From the NCBI GenBank assembly GCA_964016885.1, contig OZ024748.1, positions 8,246,001-8,310,000 of the forward strand: a DNA stretch of 64,000 nt, in the 5' to 3' direction. Positions 37,533-52,400 of the stretch are shown here, piece by piece (the stretch's first letter is position 1; each line of letters starts with the position of its first letter). A program made the position numbers and the translations under genes. The DNA is from Eledone cirrhosa (taxonomy: Eukaryota). The notes below the pieces were generated by a model that saw nothing but the letters and a program-made list of their open reading frames with translations, did not search any database and had not been told where the DNA came from.

Positions 37533-38787
37533 ATACATTATGTTAGTGTAGGTAGCTATTTTCAAATGCCTCTGTAACTCAATATGACTATGCATATATG
37601 CATCTCTCACTTCATTCAAATTTTTTTTCCATTTTGTATATATATACACCTTGTTCATTTCACGTGATTTAACCTGGTATTGGTTGATTGTTCATCTCAG
37701 CACATATGCATATGGATTCTCCTCTCCTCCCTGTCTCTCTTTCTTCTTCTCATTCTTTCTATCACCCTCTTGCATTGATAGCTTTAATAATTTTAAAAAT
37801 GTGAATGTACTTAATTTAATTTTCTTGATAATTTTAATCACCACTGCCATCTGCATCATCATCATCTTTGTTGGCAACAACACTGTCATCATCATCATCA
37901 TTATTATTTCAAAAGTTTTATGGAAATTATTATCATTAAAAATAGAAGAAAACAAAAAAAAGTTAATAATTTCATTAGCACAAGATATATCCAGATTCAA
38001 GAAGCATTCCTAGCTTGTTTTTTTTTTGCTTGTCATTTTCTGTTAAATTGTATTAAGATTGTATACCTTTCATGTATGTAAATAAGATTTTCTTTATACA
38101 TCATTTGTTTACTCATAAAATTTGTTTTTAGACCTCTCATTGTCTTTTGTCAAGCATCTGCCTTACTACATTGAGTTCACAGCTTTTTGTCTTTTTGCTT
38201 AATCTCCATGGAAACCTCTTTATAATTTTAGAACTAAAACTGCTAAAAGTATTTGCCTTTGTACACGTTTACTAAAAGTAGAAAATCTTCCAAATACCAG
38301 CATATCTCATTTTCTTTATATTTCAGCTCATTCTCTTAGTAAATCATTTTCTTTCATTACTGTTTTTAGATAATTATCAAAAGTTACATTTCACAAATTT
38401 TAGATAAGATTTTCAGTGTTTTTTTTTTTTTCACTTGTATAAATATAGCTAGAAATAAAATTGATTTTCTTTCATTCCAGTAACATTCAGTAAAATGTAC
38501 AGAGTTAAATTACTTCAGTTTATTTTTCATTATGCCCTCAAAATATGTACTTTAAATTGAAATTTAGAAAGTGTTTATTTGCATATTTATATCTATTGAA
38601 GGAAATTATTAGTATTTCATTCACTAAAGATTAACCTTATAAAAATGACCACAATACGACATGGAATTTTATAGATGCTGGTTAAAAAGACCAGCCTGAG
38701 AAAGTTAGTGTTATGGTTTTCTACAAAGCTACCACTGACATCACTAAATCTAAGCTGCAAAAGTTAATATTTTTAGATAATTTTGCT

Positions 38788-38970
38788 TTAACCCTTTTGT
38801 TACCATATTTCTAATGAAAAACATTGCTTGTGTTTCAAATAATTTTGAAAATAATCAAGAATTTGGAGGGATTTAGTAATATAAATAACTTTCTCATTAT
38901 TAAGCTTGTGTTGGGAACATAACTTAGCAAAGCTTTGTATGACTTAGTAAAGTTTTATGTGGTTTGGTAT
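38788..38970 (-). mobile_element. piggyBac-type MITE family B, partial
   Basis: ttaa-cccttttgttaccatatttctaatgaaa.. terminus. Confidence 0.8.
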
Positions 38971-39084
38971 GGGAGCAGTGAAACACTTGTATTTGTATTG
39001 ATAAAATAAATGTCATGGAAATAAGACTGAAGCAATGCAGAGTATTATTCTAGTCCATTAACACCAGAAGCAACTCCAGTTTAA

Positions 39085-39250
39085 CTCTGGTCATCACTGG
39101 ACAATTGTAGATAATGTTGTGTAGCCCTGGTCATCACTGGACAATTGTAGTTGTTGTGTAGCCCTGGTCATCACTGGACAATTGTAGTTGTTGTGTAGCC
39201 TTGGTCATCACTGGACAATTATAGATACTGTTGTGTAGCCCTGGTCATCA
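39085..39250. repeat. ~42-45 bp tandem repeat x4 (ctggtcatcactggacaattgtag..gttgtgtagcc)
   Basis: direct. Confidence 0.9.
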
Positions 39251-40364
39251 TGCAGGGGTTACAGTGTATAGCTTATTTTTTGGAGTGTATAGTTTATTTA
39301 TAGTTTATACAAACTTAGATACAAATGCAGTGACAAATTAGTTAATTAATTCTATGATCTGATCACTAGAAGCTAGACAGAATTCAAAAATTCTTATCAA
39401 GCCACTTTAGTAGATACTTTTGAAGTAGCTGTTGTTTGAAGAGCTGAGGTCTGTGAATCCTACATGCTGACTACAAGAACATGACTAGATCTATGGCTGG
39501 AATCAAAGCTAGAGTTTTGTTTTCTAGTAGTCTGTTTTGTATATATTAGATGAAGAAATTCTAATTATGAAGGAACTGCAAATATACTTGTATGTGTCAG
39601 TTATAATGCTTTTGAAGTCAGAACTGAGATTCAGAAGAGATCTTACATAATCATCAACAAACTGTATGGCCAGTTGTTTGCAAGTGCCAAGATTTGTGTC
39701 ATGCTAGTCATAGCTGTCTAATTGTATCTCTTTTAAAAGCAGTGAACGTATCATCTGCAGAAATAGTTTCAAAATGTTCTTAGATAAAAGTCACTAATGC
39801 CTTCAACTGTAGCTTTATATTCTGCAAAGACAAGTAGCCAACATTTAAAAGTATGTCAAGACTGTGGAGCTGTCAGTACCATGTTCAATGCATGTCACAG
39901 TCCATGTTCTATGATGACAGTTTTATTAATTACCAGGGACTGGTTTGATAAACTGACTCAGTATTTCCATATTTCTGATGTTACTACCTCATTACAACAC
40001 TAGAGTCCTTGTTATGTCCTCAGCCAGGATATTGGCAAGCAAGGACCTAAATCTTGTTTCATTTCTTGATTGCTTCACTCCTTGTTTCTGCCACTCATGT
40101 GGGAAGGCAAATCTTTGCACTTATATTAGAAAGATAATAAAAAAGAGACTTGTTCTTTTACATATACAGATTGCTTTTGACGAGGCACAAATTCAAAATT
40201 TGGAAAATGTCAATGTAGTTATGCTGAATATATGGTGGACAAAATATTAAAAGATCCTTCAAATATTTTAACAGCTAATTCTATAATGGAAATATTAAAA
40301 GATAATTAAAATTATGTAAGAATTTATCAAAACAAAACGTTTTATAGAAAGAAAAGTCTAAAAA

Positions 40365-40412
<48 letters not shown>

Positions 40413-41905
40413 AAACTCAGAAATATAAGAGTTATGTAATATGTTACTTGTCTTATTCTACAATTATGATGAACAGTGAAACTGACAAGATAAACTTTTG
40501 GAGGAATTGAATACACCATTATATATATTCTTCTCGTCTAGCTACAATCAAGCCAAATAGCTTTTTATAACATCAACAAAACTACCCAATTCCCCTCTCT
40601 AAACATCTTTCAATGAAATTTTAATTTGTTTCTCTCTAAATTTTTGCAGTTTTTCTTTTTTCTTTTAATGTTTTCATTTAGCTTGCCTTAAGGAATTAGA
40701 TGCTAAAATATTTGGAGAATATTTTTAAATGGGGTAACATTTCATTAAATAAACTATATATAAGAAATGTTTGTTAAGGAATTTTAAAAAGTCTATTAGG
40801 AGGAAAAAAAGAAAAAGGAAACCCTCTCAAAATATTTTCTGAATTTTAATTAAAAATCTTTCATATCAATTAAAAAAAATATATTTTACTTCGAATATCA
40901 TCTTCAATAGGGATTTAAAAACATTCTGATAGAGTAATTGTGTTGAGACATCTACTGGATATAAAGGAATCGTGTGTGTGTGTGTGTGATTGAATGGTTG
41001 TATGTGATTGAGAGCAAGTGTGTGTTGTATGTGATAATGGGTGGGGTAGAGGGTTAGGGTGGGGATATTTTACCTTTATTTCTTTCCCCCTGTCTTGTCA
41101 TTGTTTGTGTGATTGTATGTGTGTGAGGGGGAGAGAGAGAAAGAAAGAGGGTGTATGAGGGGGAAAGAGCAATAGAGGGTGTGTGAGGTAGAGAGAGAGA
41201 GAGAAAGAAAGAGGGTGTATGAGAGGTAGGTTGTGTGTGTGGTCGGGGTGGTGATATATTGACATTACTTATTTCCTTCCTTGTCTCCCATCATCAGCAG
41301 TCATCTCCCTGAAGCATTCCCCCAACTATTATTTGCTAAAGTGTGACAACTGGTTATCATTTGTTGTCAGTTTGGGAATATCCCAAAGATGTTTGTCATT
41401 TGATATATAGGCAGCAGCAACAACAACGGCAGCATCAACAACAGCAGTGGCAGCAGGCAAATTAACGTTACACATAATTGCAAACAGAATGGAAAGTCTA
41501 TGAGCAATATAGCCTAGCTATTGAGTTTGTAATTAATACAGTAAAACTAAGGAATAGAGACCCAACTGTAGTTGTTGCCATAATTGTTAATCTGCTTTTT
41601 GGTAATTGCCAAGATTAATCTTCTTTGCTATGAATAATTGATAGTGCCTGAAGCATTAGTAGTAGTGTAATTTTTCGCCTCATGAAAAATTCACTTGCTA
41701 TTACTTAACTAAGTTTATTTGATTTTTACAAGCAAATAAATCACTGAATGTTGTTTAAATTTGGTCTTTCAATTCATACATATATACATATAGAGATAGA
41801 TAGATATAGATATATGTATATTTAAAATACAGATTACGATTTTAGTTTTTGTCAAATGAATATTATGGTTTTTTTGTTTTTGTCAGTGTTTAACCTGCTA
41901 AAGAT

Positions 41906-42177
41906 TTAACCTTTTTGATACCAAACTGCATGAAAATGCCCCTAGTTCTGTGTTACAAAACTGTTTTTAAAGTGTTCATGTTTATCTAAAAGCATTCCAT
42001 CATATTTTAATTTAAAGAGCTTTATGTTCCAAATGATAGCTTAATAATCTGAAAGTTGTATTACTAAATCTGAAAGTTAGTTGTATTACTAAATCCCTCC
42101 AAATTCTGGATTTTTTTTTTTTTTTAATAGACCATAGGCAGTGTCTTTCATAAGAAATATAGTAACAAAAGGGTTAA
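41906..42177 (+). mobile_element. piggyBac-type MITE family B, both ends present
   Basis: ttaa-cctttttgatacca ... tagtaacaaaaggg-ttaa. Confidence 0.85.
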
Positions 42178-42439
42178 TGTGATTTCTCTTTTTTTTAATG
42201 TATACTTTGTATGTTAAGTTAGATTCACCTCCTCCACAGAATTGGCCAAAGATTTGAAAATACTAAAAAATACAAAATACCTTTGAAATAAAGTTCTATT
42301 AAATCTTAAATATTCTGATACCAGTTTGTGAGAGAATCATCATTACCATCACCACCACTATTGATAATAAGAAAGGTACATTACCAAATCCCTCCAAATT
42401 CTTGATTATTTTCAAAATTATTTGAAAACCGAAGGGTTA

Positions 42440-42623
42440 TTATAATAATAATAATAATGAAATTATTGTGTAAAGTGCTTAGGTCGCACCATAGCCATGT
42501 ACAGCCTTAAATAGATATCTGGAGAGCGGCTGACAAAGGTCTTGCTGAGTGATGCTAAGACACCCTTGTCCCTCTTGACAATTTTAGAGACGTGCTTCGT
42601 CCAACGCAAATCGCTGCTGACCG
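42440..42623 (-). mobile_element. CR1/L2-clade LINE fragment joined to (ATT)n tail
   Basis: minus strand encodes VSSDLRWTKHVSKIVKRDKGVLASLSKTFVSRSPDIYLRLYMAMVRP (post-RT region), followed by acacaataatttc(att)n. Confidence 0.8.
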
Positions 42624-43856
42624 TTATAAAGTGTTAACTGGAAATTTTAGTTCACCGTAAGTGTAAGGAGTGAAATAAAAGCTCTTGATGAGATAGAAAA
42701 CCTATTTTCTTTGTGGTGTAACATATATTCAGTGATTAGACTATGTGAATGATTAATCTGTTAACTACAAACACATATATTTCCATATAAGGCACTTCTT
42801 AACTGCTTCACTTTTCTGATTCCAACCATGTATTTTTTTGTTAAATAAACCAAAGCAAATAGTGAAGATTTGAACTATTGCAATTTTCTCTCTTCTACAT
42901 TTGCATATTAAAAATCCTTCATCGTAAAAATATTAGAAATCAATTTCCCCCTCCCTCCTTCTACTTTTTTTCTTCTTTGATATATATTTATTTGTAAAGT
43001 TATATCACATTTTCCATATTTGCTTAGATGGTTTGTCCATATTGGAATTGTTTTTTTCCATTTCTTTAGAGAATGAAGCTCTTGTTATTATAATGAAACC
43101 ATTATTATTATCATCATCATCATTGTTATTATCGTTATTATTATTATCATTATTATTATTCATTACTAAATGAAAAACAATTTTACAAAATACATCATCC
43201 AGGGAAAAACAGCAGATAATATTTTATTTTTACACAAAACATTATTATTATTTTTTTCTGTTTCAATATAAATTGGAAAATCTATATTGTTATTATTAAG
43301 CTTACATTATTATTAAAGAAATTTGAATCTGCTGTTCGCTGCAATTTCTTTTTTTTTCTTTTTTTTTTTGTAGTTTGCAGTTCTAAAAAAGTTTGAAATT
43401 TTAATTCCTATTTTTAGCATTATAAAAGAAACTTAATGCTAATCAATTTTCATGTATAAAGTAAATAAAATTGCTTACAATCCCTTGAAGACAAAAGTCA
43501 ATTTTAATATGTTCTTCAATAAATAAATACATTTTAAAAGAAATTTTTGGAAATCAAATTAATTGTATTCAAATTATATTATATGCCAGTATATATTTTT
43601 TCTATTGTTTAGTTTGCATTGTAAAGTGTAAAGCCACTTCTACTATTTTTGAGTTGTTCGTCTATTCTACTTCTGCTTGGATAGTTTTTACTAAATTTCT
43701 TATAATGATCTGTTTTGTCATAAGGGAAATTTATTTTGTGGAAGTTGTGTGAAAAATTCTTATTTAAAATGTAAGGTCTTGCAAGGAATTGTTATGCTGT
43801 TTGTAATCACATGACAACTTGAGTATTACACATACATATACACACACATATATACA

Positions 43857-43887
<31 letters not shown>

Positions 43888-44060
43888 CAGTGAAGTGAAA
43901 TCTTAGTTCTGTATTCTCCAACATTGCCAATGTTTCTAAATATCTTCAACAGTTGTTAGTGCCATGCAATTATTCATTCTACATCATCTAAGTTGACCCT
44001 AATGTTAACACTACCAATAATTGTTTGATGCTCTCGTATATGTTGTTTTGTTATCTTTCC

Positions 44061-44414
44061 TTAACCCTTTATCATTCACATTACTCTATATTTACTATTG
44101 TATTTTCATGGTAAAGGCTTTACCTCACATAATATCTCACATAACATTTACATTACTCTATATTTACTATTGTATTTTCACAGTAAAGGCTTTACCTCAC
44201 ATAATATCTCACATAACATTTACATTACTCTATATATTCTATTGTGTTTTCATGGTAAAGGCTTTACCTCACATAATATCGAATCTATGAGATTTTGATA
44301 TTATTTATTTTAAGAACAATACCTTGACATCAGTATGAATGGTCGGTTATGGCCGGTTTGAACAAAAAGAGGTGAGGCAATTCTGGCTGGATATGGCAGT
44401 TTAAATGTTAAAAT
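44061..44414 (+). mobile_element. piggyBac-type MITE family A with a triplicated ~70 bp internal segment
   Basis: cattactctatatttactattgtattttca..gtaaaggctttacctcacataatatc x3; right end degenerate. Confidence 0.85.
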
Positions 44415-45109
44415 GTCCCCCACCTTCGTCTGTTCTGTCTTTTCCTTTACCACATTTGTGGTCTGTGGATCTGAAATGCCTTGTTAGGATTGGGTTGTGT
44501 ATTCAGTATCTTTTACAGTTGGTAGAGATGCCAAATCTTTCATATATTGTAGAGAGAGGTGTAGAAAAAGAACGTTTATTATCTAATTGTTGTTAGTAGA
44601 ATAAAAAAATTAATAAATTCTAATCCTAATTTTAATCCTGACCTCAACTCTATACCTTAATGAAATATTTCTAAATCTGTCATGGTATCACACGAAGAAA
44701 AGCAATTAGGCCGAGAGCATTAATCTCATTTGTAATGTGAAACTTCTTTTAATTAATGATTAATATTTTAGTGAAGTAAATCTCCACCGATCGTTGGCAT
44801 GTTTGTCATTTGAATGAAGCTCTTCCATATAAAAGATTTACTTTACTTATTCTACAATTGTGTTTCAGTAGAAAGTTGATTCAGCAGTGTTGTTGGTAAA
44901 CATCAATAAAAACAATATGTTAACTTATTGAAAAACAACTAAAGTTTTAGTGCTGTTAAAATGTTTTCTTTGTGGCTAGCAGTTAACTTTAATTAGGAAC
45001 AATAACCTAGATTTATGTTTCTCCATGTTTCCCAAAGAAGCTTTAATTCTGAGTTAACCTTTTAATTACCAAAAGTCACTACCCATTATGTTGAAATCAT
45101 TTCACCATT

Positions 45110-45410
45110 CCCATCTTAGTGGTATAACCCAGTTGTCACTTTTACCCTCTCATATTACTGGTATAACCCAGTTTTCACTTTTACTCTCTCATCTTAGTGG
45201 TATAACCCAGTTTTCACTTTTACCCTCTCATTACTGGTATAACCCAGTTTTCACTTTTACTCTCTCATCTTAGTGGTATAACCCAGTTTTCACTTTTTCC
45301 CTCTCATTACTGGTATAACCCAGTTTTCACTTTTACCCTCTCATATTAGTGGTATAACCCAGTTTTTACTTTTACCCTCCCATCTTAGTGGTATAACCCA
45401 GTTTTCACTC
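45110..45410. repeat. ~36-39 bp minisatellite (catcttagtggtataacccagttttcacttttaccctct), ~8 copies
   Basis: direct. Confidence 0.95.
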
Positions 45411-46268
45411 CAAATTACTTGCCCTTAGTCTGCTTCCGTCTTCTCTAGATTCTATACTAAAAACTGTAGAAAAATTTGGGCCATTTCTTGTGACTGCTAG
45501 AATTGTCTGTTGGAATATGTCTTGCCTCTCCTGTAAATATATCTTGTCTTGCTTGTAACTATGTTTTGCCTTACCTGTAAATAATATCTTGCTTCACCTG
45601 TAAGTATGTCTTGTCTTACCTGTAAATATGATTTAACTCATCATTGTTTTAGAAAGGTCTGTTTTACTTTTCCAACCATTTCCAACATTTGAAAAATGTA
45701 TTTCATAACATGTACAAGAAGGAATGTGTGGTATAAACATGTTCTTATGTTGTGTTCTTGTATAACAGATTTCATTTCTACACTCAGATGATGTATTATT
45801 ACATTATATACACAATATGTTGTATATTAATGTAATGTATGTATGTGTGTGTACACCCCCCCCCCCCCTTCTCTGTCTTTTATATACACAGATGATTTTA
45901 TATAATCTGTAGAGTTACATATAGGAGCATATAGATTTATGTATACCAAGTGAAATTCTAATTAAATTTTCTTTATACATTAATTCAGAAATTATTGTAA
46001 GATCACTGAAGAAACTTGATTAATCTCATTATTTCAAACTGTGCAATATTTTAAAATGGGTTGTGAAGAAACTTTTTCTTTATTATTTGAATAATTGTTG
46101 TTTGCAATGGAGTATTTATTAGCCACTACACCAATGTCACCTAGTTTGTATAAGCTTAATAGATTAATCTTATTGTGAACTGAGTCTGCAGTCCACTTTT
46201 GATTTCAAATTGGAAACCTTATACCTCTTCCACATTTCATTTCTCTTGTTTTAACTGTTGTTAAGACT

Positions 46269-46494
46269 TTAACTCTTTAGCATTTAAACCAGGCATATCT
46301 GGCCAGAATTCTCTCACCTCTTTCTGTTCAAACCAGCCACAATTGGTCACTCATATCAATGTTAAGGTATTGTTCTCAAAATAATTAACATCAAAATCTT
46401 GTAGCTTCAATATTATGTGAGATAATTATATAAGGTAAAGTGTTTGTGAAAATACAATAGTAAATATAAAGTAATCTAAATGCTAATGGGTTAA
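46269..46494 (-). mobile_element. piggyBac-type MITE family A, abutting a family-B terminus
   Basis: ttaa-ctctttagcattt ... aaatgctaatggg-ttaa, then tgttaccatatttctaatgaaatacac. Confidence 0.85.
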
Positions 46495-47123
46495 ATCTTC
46501 TGTTACCATATTTCTAATGAAATACACTTCATGACACCAGTGGTGCTTCCTTAACACACTGACGAAACACTGGCACCAGTGGTGCTTCCATAACATACTG
46601 GGAGAAGATAATGACACCAGAGGTGCTTCCATAACATACTTGGAGAAGATAATGACACTAGCTCAATGTGAGAGAGCACTGAGACAGCATTTGAGAGATA
46701 CAGTGTTTGATTCTCTGTAGCGGCTGCTCTCTACTATTTCCAGCTAAAGGGGTAGTTTACCTGATCTTCTTAGCTATTATTTCTAGCTATCAACTGTGTT
46801 CACAGTTATTTCCAGGAATATAAGATGTTCTACATCATCTAAGCACTTCAATTCACTTGATGTTACAATGTTTATCTACAAATGTTGATACAATATACTG
46901 TCATAGAACCAAAAGGCAGGTTCTAGCAGTTTCCTATGAAAATATTAAAATTTGTTTTAAGTTTATTTGTGCTTCTGTTTACATGCTTGCATTGTGGATG
47001 TAACTCTATCTCCCCTATATACATTAATGATTAGTCAGGGGAAGAGAAACACATGCAAGAGCTGAGCTTTCTTTTTGTTTTGTATTAGAAGCAAATATTC
47101 TGATAAAATTATTACTCCCTGAC

Positions 47124-47354
47124 TGAACCCTTTCGATAAAAGACTGCCTGAAACTGACTCATTCTCTCATACAAAAATATTTTAAAGTGTTTATATCTAT
47201 CATAAGTTTATTTTAGAACCTTTGCTAAGTTATATTACAATCACAGAGCTTCATAATGAGAAAGTTATATTACTAAATGCCTCCAAATTCTTGATTATTA
47301 AAAATAATTATATGCAGTGTCTTTCATTAGAATTATGGTTAACGAAAGGGTTAA
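47124..47354 (+). mobile_element. piggyBac-type MITE family B
   Basis: ccctttcgata ... aacgaaaggg-ttaa; body matches 41906-42177 and 56258-56450. Confidence 0.75.
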
Positions 47355-47708
47355 ACACATCTCCAAACATCTTTACTCAGTTTGTAGGTGGCTTCTAGTA
47401 ATTCTTTTTAGATTTATCCTGCCAGTATCTCATTAGATCTGATAATTTACTGGTTGTATTGTATGTGTACATTAAATATTCTCCTTTTTATTTATTTATG
47501 TCTTTCTCATCCCCACATGTCCTTGTCACTGAAAAACCTTCTATACTGAGGAATCTCATGTTTATAAATATTTATTACCATTTGACTTCAACATTCTCAA
47601 AAGTCATTAATTATTCACAACATAAGATGGTTGTCTACTATTATATTCAACAGTAACTCTGATTACACATTCTTCTTGGTAATCTAATACATATATATCA
47701 TACATATC

Positions 47709-47747
<39 letters not shown>

Positions 47748-47814
47748 CTTATAATACATAAATGTCAGTGTGAGTACACACACACACACACACACACTCA
47801 CACTCACACTCACA

Positions 47815-47873
<59 letters not shown>

Positions 47874-48288
47874 CCATGCCAGCTAAGAAAAACAAAATAC
47901 ATATAGATGAATCCCATCAGATTTTATAATGAACTTCTCAGCTAACTAATATATCACTTTCATTTTATTCTGGTTGAATATACATATATATTTTTTTAAA
48001 CACTCAAATTTTGCTAATAACTTTGCTTGCTTAAATTTTTTTTTATTCTTAATTTTCTTAATTTTCATAATCATTTTAATTCATCTTTCAAATTGCTTTT
48101 TCTTTTTCTTTTTTTTTAAATTTATTTAATTCAAAAAATGAAAATTACTATTTTTATATCTTCAGTTTATTAATTAGTTATTTTTCAAATTTTATTTAGA
48201 TATATTTACTTTTATTCCCAGTATGAGAGTATATGTTTGTATGTCCTTGCATATGTGTGTGTATGTCCATACACACAAACACACACAA

Positions 48289-48320
<32 letters not shown>

Positions 48321-48350
48321 TTTGCTACAATATTTTCTATACCTTTCATT

Positions 48351-48386
<36 letters not shown>

Positions 48387-49379
48387 CGTGTTCACCATAA
48401 AACTGTGTTTATCTATGCTCTCCACTAAATATTAAAAGCTGTGAAATCAATTTAGTAAAGCCACAACTTAGTTCCAATGGCATATGAACACAAGAAGAAA
48501 ACGAAAGACTTTTCCTTTCCTGATCAATTTTCTAAACTGCTTCACTTATTTCTTAATGGTATCTCATCTATCATTGTAAACTTCTTCTTCCCAGTGTTAA
48601 TAGTTTTACAGAAAATACCATTTGAAAATACTTTAATACTCTGTGTAGTAATAATTCTACATTGAATTCTAGATTTTTCATATGTAAAATAATTACTGTA
48701 CCATGCAAATATTATATGAATGACATTACATATGTGAACTCCTACAAATTTTAACATTTTCAAATCACCATAACAATAATTTCTCTAGTACTGGTTTCGT
48801 GAAAGATGCACTCAATACAGTCTGTAAGGTGGTTGTTGATTGGAAGGGAATCCAGCTGTAGAAACCATGCCAAAAACATGTCAAGAGGATTCTTCAGTAG
48901 TGTTAAGGGCATGACCACCTCTCTAGTGTTGGGAGTATGATAAAATGCACCCAGTACACTCAGTAAAGGGGTTGGTTATATAGCAAGTACATCTAGCCAT
49001 AGAAAACTTGTCAAACATAGGGTCAAGAAGACTCTTCAGTTGTGTCAAGGACATGGAAACCACCCCATACTCTGTAGAGTATGGTTTATTTCTAGCACAT
49101 CTTTGCTACTTACATTTCCCAGTTTCCAATACACCGAGTACACTCTGTAGAGTATGGTTCATTTCTAGCACATCTTTGATGCTTACATTTCCCAGTTTCC
49201 AATACACCGAGTACACTCTGAAGTGTATGGTCCAGTTCTAGCTTATCTTTGCTGCTTATATTTCAGTTTCCAATGTTGTTATATGGTTCACTCTTTATCC
49301 AATGATCATTTTTTTTCTTTTTTCATTTCCAGCCTTATTGATTAACTGAATAATTTACTTTAATTTTACTTCATTACAG

Positions 49380-49430
49380 GCAATGCGTTTCCCTCCAAAA
49401 TCATACAATAAAGATTTAGAATCTGCTGAG
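49380..49430 (+). CDS. PSMD3: Rpn3/PSMD3 exon (8th visible)
   Basis: cattacag|...|gtaagt; 51 nt; AMRFPPKSYNKDLESAE, identical to the recalled human segment. Confidence 0.97.
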
Positions 49431-52400
49431 GTAAGTGATCTTTTTATCAGAGTTATTGATTCTTAAAGTCCTGTACCACATAAAACCACATTAGCCAAAC
49501 AAGAAGTATAAAACAGCAACATGACTACATCACATTAAAAACTGAAGTTTTTACTTGGGCTTACTGTAAATTTTCACATCAATCTGTCCACTAGTAAAGA
49601 TACTATAATCATTTGAATTAACAAACCAGTTTTTACATATTTTCCACTAAGTCATTACAGACTTAATACTGTCTTTTTGATTCAGTTTCCCGTTTTCACT
49701 ATGAAATATCTTTTGGAAGTATTTTTATTGATTAAAAAAAAAAAGAATTTATGGCCAGATAATCCCTTTAATGAGTGATTTGCTCTAATTGAGTCCCCAA
49801 AACTTAGAATGGGTCTCCTTTTGGACATCATTTCCGATTCAAAACATTTTCTGAAAAATCTCTTAACATACAATAGTACGTTTCAAATATTTGGAGTAAC
49901 CCTTATCAGGCAAAGTCGGTTTACCTCAACTTGTAAATTGCAAGAAGAAATTGATCTCAGAATTGATATTCTTCAGTTTTGACAAAATATAGAGCCCTAG
50001 TTTCACAGATATATTTTCTATATGATGTACTATGCTGTATATTTCTGTATCTCATATGTTAGTAGATATGTTTCTGTAAGTATATTGCTTGATTGCATGT
50101 GATAACGTCTCCCAAGTAATGGATTTTACTTCAGTTTCTATATTTTATATTTATCTCTCTCTCTATATATATATATATCATATATATACATACATGCCTG
50201 TTGTGTTTATAAATGGCTGTTTAAAATGGTTAACCTAGCTGTAATACACTCGATATGGAGTGTATTATTAATATTGCTGTGTATGATTGGTTTATGATAT
50301 AGATAAATGCCTTATAAATTCTGATGTTATCCAGATGTCCCCCTTCCTCTCTCTCTCTACACACAAATATTCCTATACCAGATATACATTGACACAGAGG
50401 CAACTAGAAAATACACAGAATAAAACTGAATTGAGATACAAATAGTAAAAGGCCAAAAGATTAGTCAGTTTGATCTGTAGTCTGTGTGTATGTCTGTGTC
50501 TGTATGTGTGTGTTAAAACTAATAATGAATTAGTTCATTAACAATATAATTTTATTAGTTTGATAGACAAATTTATGTGATGCCCTCAAGATGCTCATCT
50601 TCGGTACAATGATGCTTACTAAATTTTATCTTGTATTTCACTTGTGTTTTACTTCTCTCCAACTGTAACTACAATCAAATGAAATTAATGCCAGTGTCAT
50701 CCACTTTGAATTTTACATAGCATTAATGAAAAGAAATTAATTTTTAACAATATTTTTATGTTTAGGTGTGATCGTTTTTTTGTGTGATAAAATGTATTCT
50801 CAAGTAAGAGAAAATAGTTTCTGAAAATAGTTTAATTAGAAATTATTTCTTTCAGCTCAATATCAAGTGCAAAATTCTATTTAAAATCACACAATTTAAT
50901 TATTGGATAAGTGCTTCTACCAGCAAGAATCTGTCTCTCTCTCTCTCTCTCTCTGTCTGTGTGTGTGTGTGAACATTGGGGTGAGGATTGAAATAAAATC
51001 AGTTAATATTTTAAGCAGGGAATAAAAGATATGTTTGTCACCTATGTTTTTAGTTATGTGCTATTGAAGGATTTGAAAAAAAAAAGCCCAACCAATCTAT
51101 ATCTAACCATCATTATTTGGTAATGTGATAATAAAGCCAGAAGTGATATTGAAATGAAAATGTTAGCAGCACCTTCGTGTGTTAATAATTCTGATGAAAT
51201 TATAAAATAGTAAGAAAACAGAAGTAAAGAACAAAACAGCGAGGTAAAAAAACAAAACAAAAAAAAACTTTGATAATTTATTAGAATTCATAATTGTGTG
51301 CGTATGTATGCACATGTGTATAAGCATGCACATGTGCATATGTATGCACATGTTCTTATGTGTGATGTGGTGCAGAAACTAAATTATATTCTGTTTGTTC
51401 TTTTTCTCTTATTTTCCTGTAGTTTTAATAGGGACACGTTATTCAATTTATTATATGTCACAACATTTTTGTTAAGTAAAGGAAAGAAGAAAAAAAAAGT
51501 TAGCATGATAGAGAAGAAAATTATATTTGTAAAAATTATATTGTAAAATATATAAAAAAAAACAACTAAAAACTATTTTCTGATTCAGATATCAGTTCAT
51601 GCATTCTTTTATGCCAAATTATTATTTCTATTGTGTTTTCTGTTATTTTAATAAAATAATGTGAACATTTTTAGATATTTGGTTTTTATATTTATATATT
51701 TATATATATATATTAAACAGATTGAAGGATGCATATAGGAAAACACAAGCCACTAGTATATATAAGTATATGTGTAAAGGCATTTATTTCCTATTATCAA
51801 TTTCACTATATATTTTATATTTTATATGACTTCCAAGCTAGAAGGCAGTCTTAATTAAAAATGCTGATCCTATGATAAGAAAATAGCCAGCTAGCTTAAT
51901 AGCTATTTTGAAAGAATACCACCACCACCATCATCATCATCATCATTTCTACATCCGTTTTCCATGCTAGCATGGGTAAATTAAAAAAATATAAAATTAT
52001 GCAAGCTGTCACAACTAAAGTATTAATTCTGTTTCTACATATGCTGTCATATTAGTCTAAGTTCTCTACTGTTAGAAAGGTTTAACAAATAATTAATTAT
52101 TTAAAAATAATTCAAGAAATTGATGAAATGAATGACATTCACACTACTTCTCAGACTAAAGGTTTTGTTATGATCAAGGTGTTAACACTTCATAGACTAA
52201 AGGTTTTGGTATTGCCAAGGTGTTAACTAAGCATTCTAGCCCCTTTTTGTTGAGTATTTCTTCAGTTATTATTGAGTTATGGGTGAAAAAAAAAACCCCA
52301 TCATTTGATAGGTTATTGTATTTCCTTGAATATTTTATTCTTTAAATGGGGAGAGGGGGGATAATGGTGAACCTGACTCAGAAGTTCATAAAAGCTAACT

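Noticed and set aside
42783-42792. Perfect CArG box CCATATAAGG
   Set aside because: A single 10-mer in AT-rich DNA is not evidence of a regulatory site
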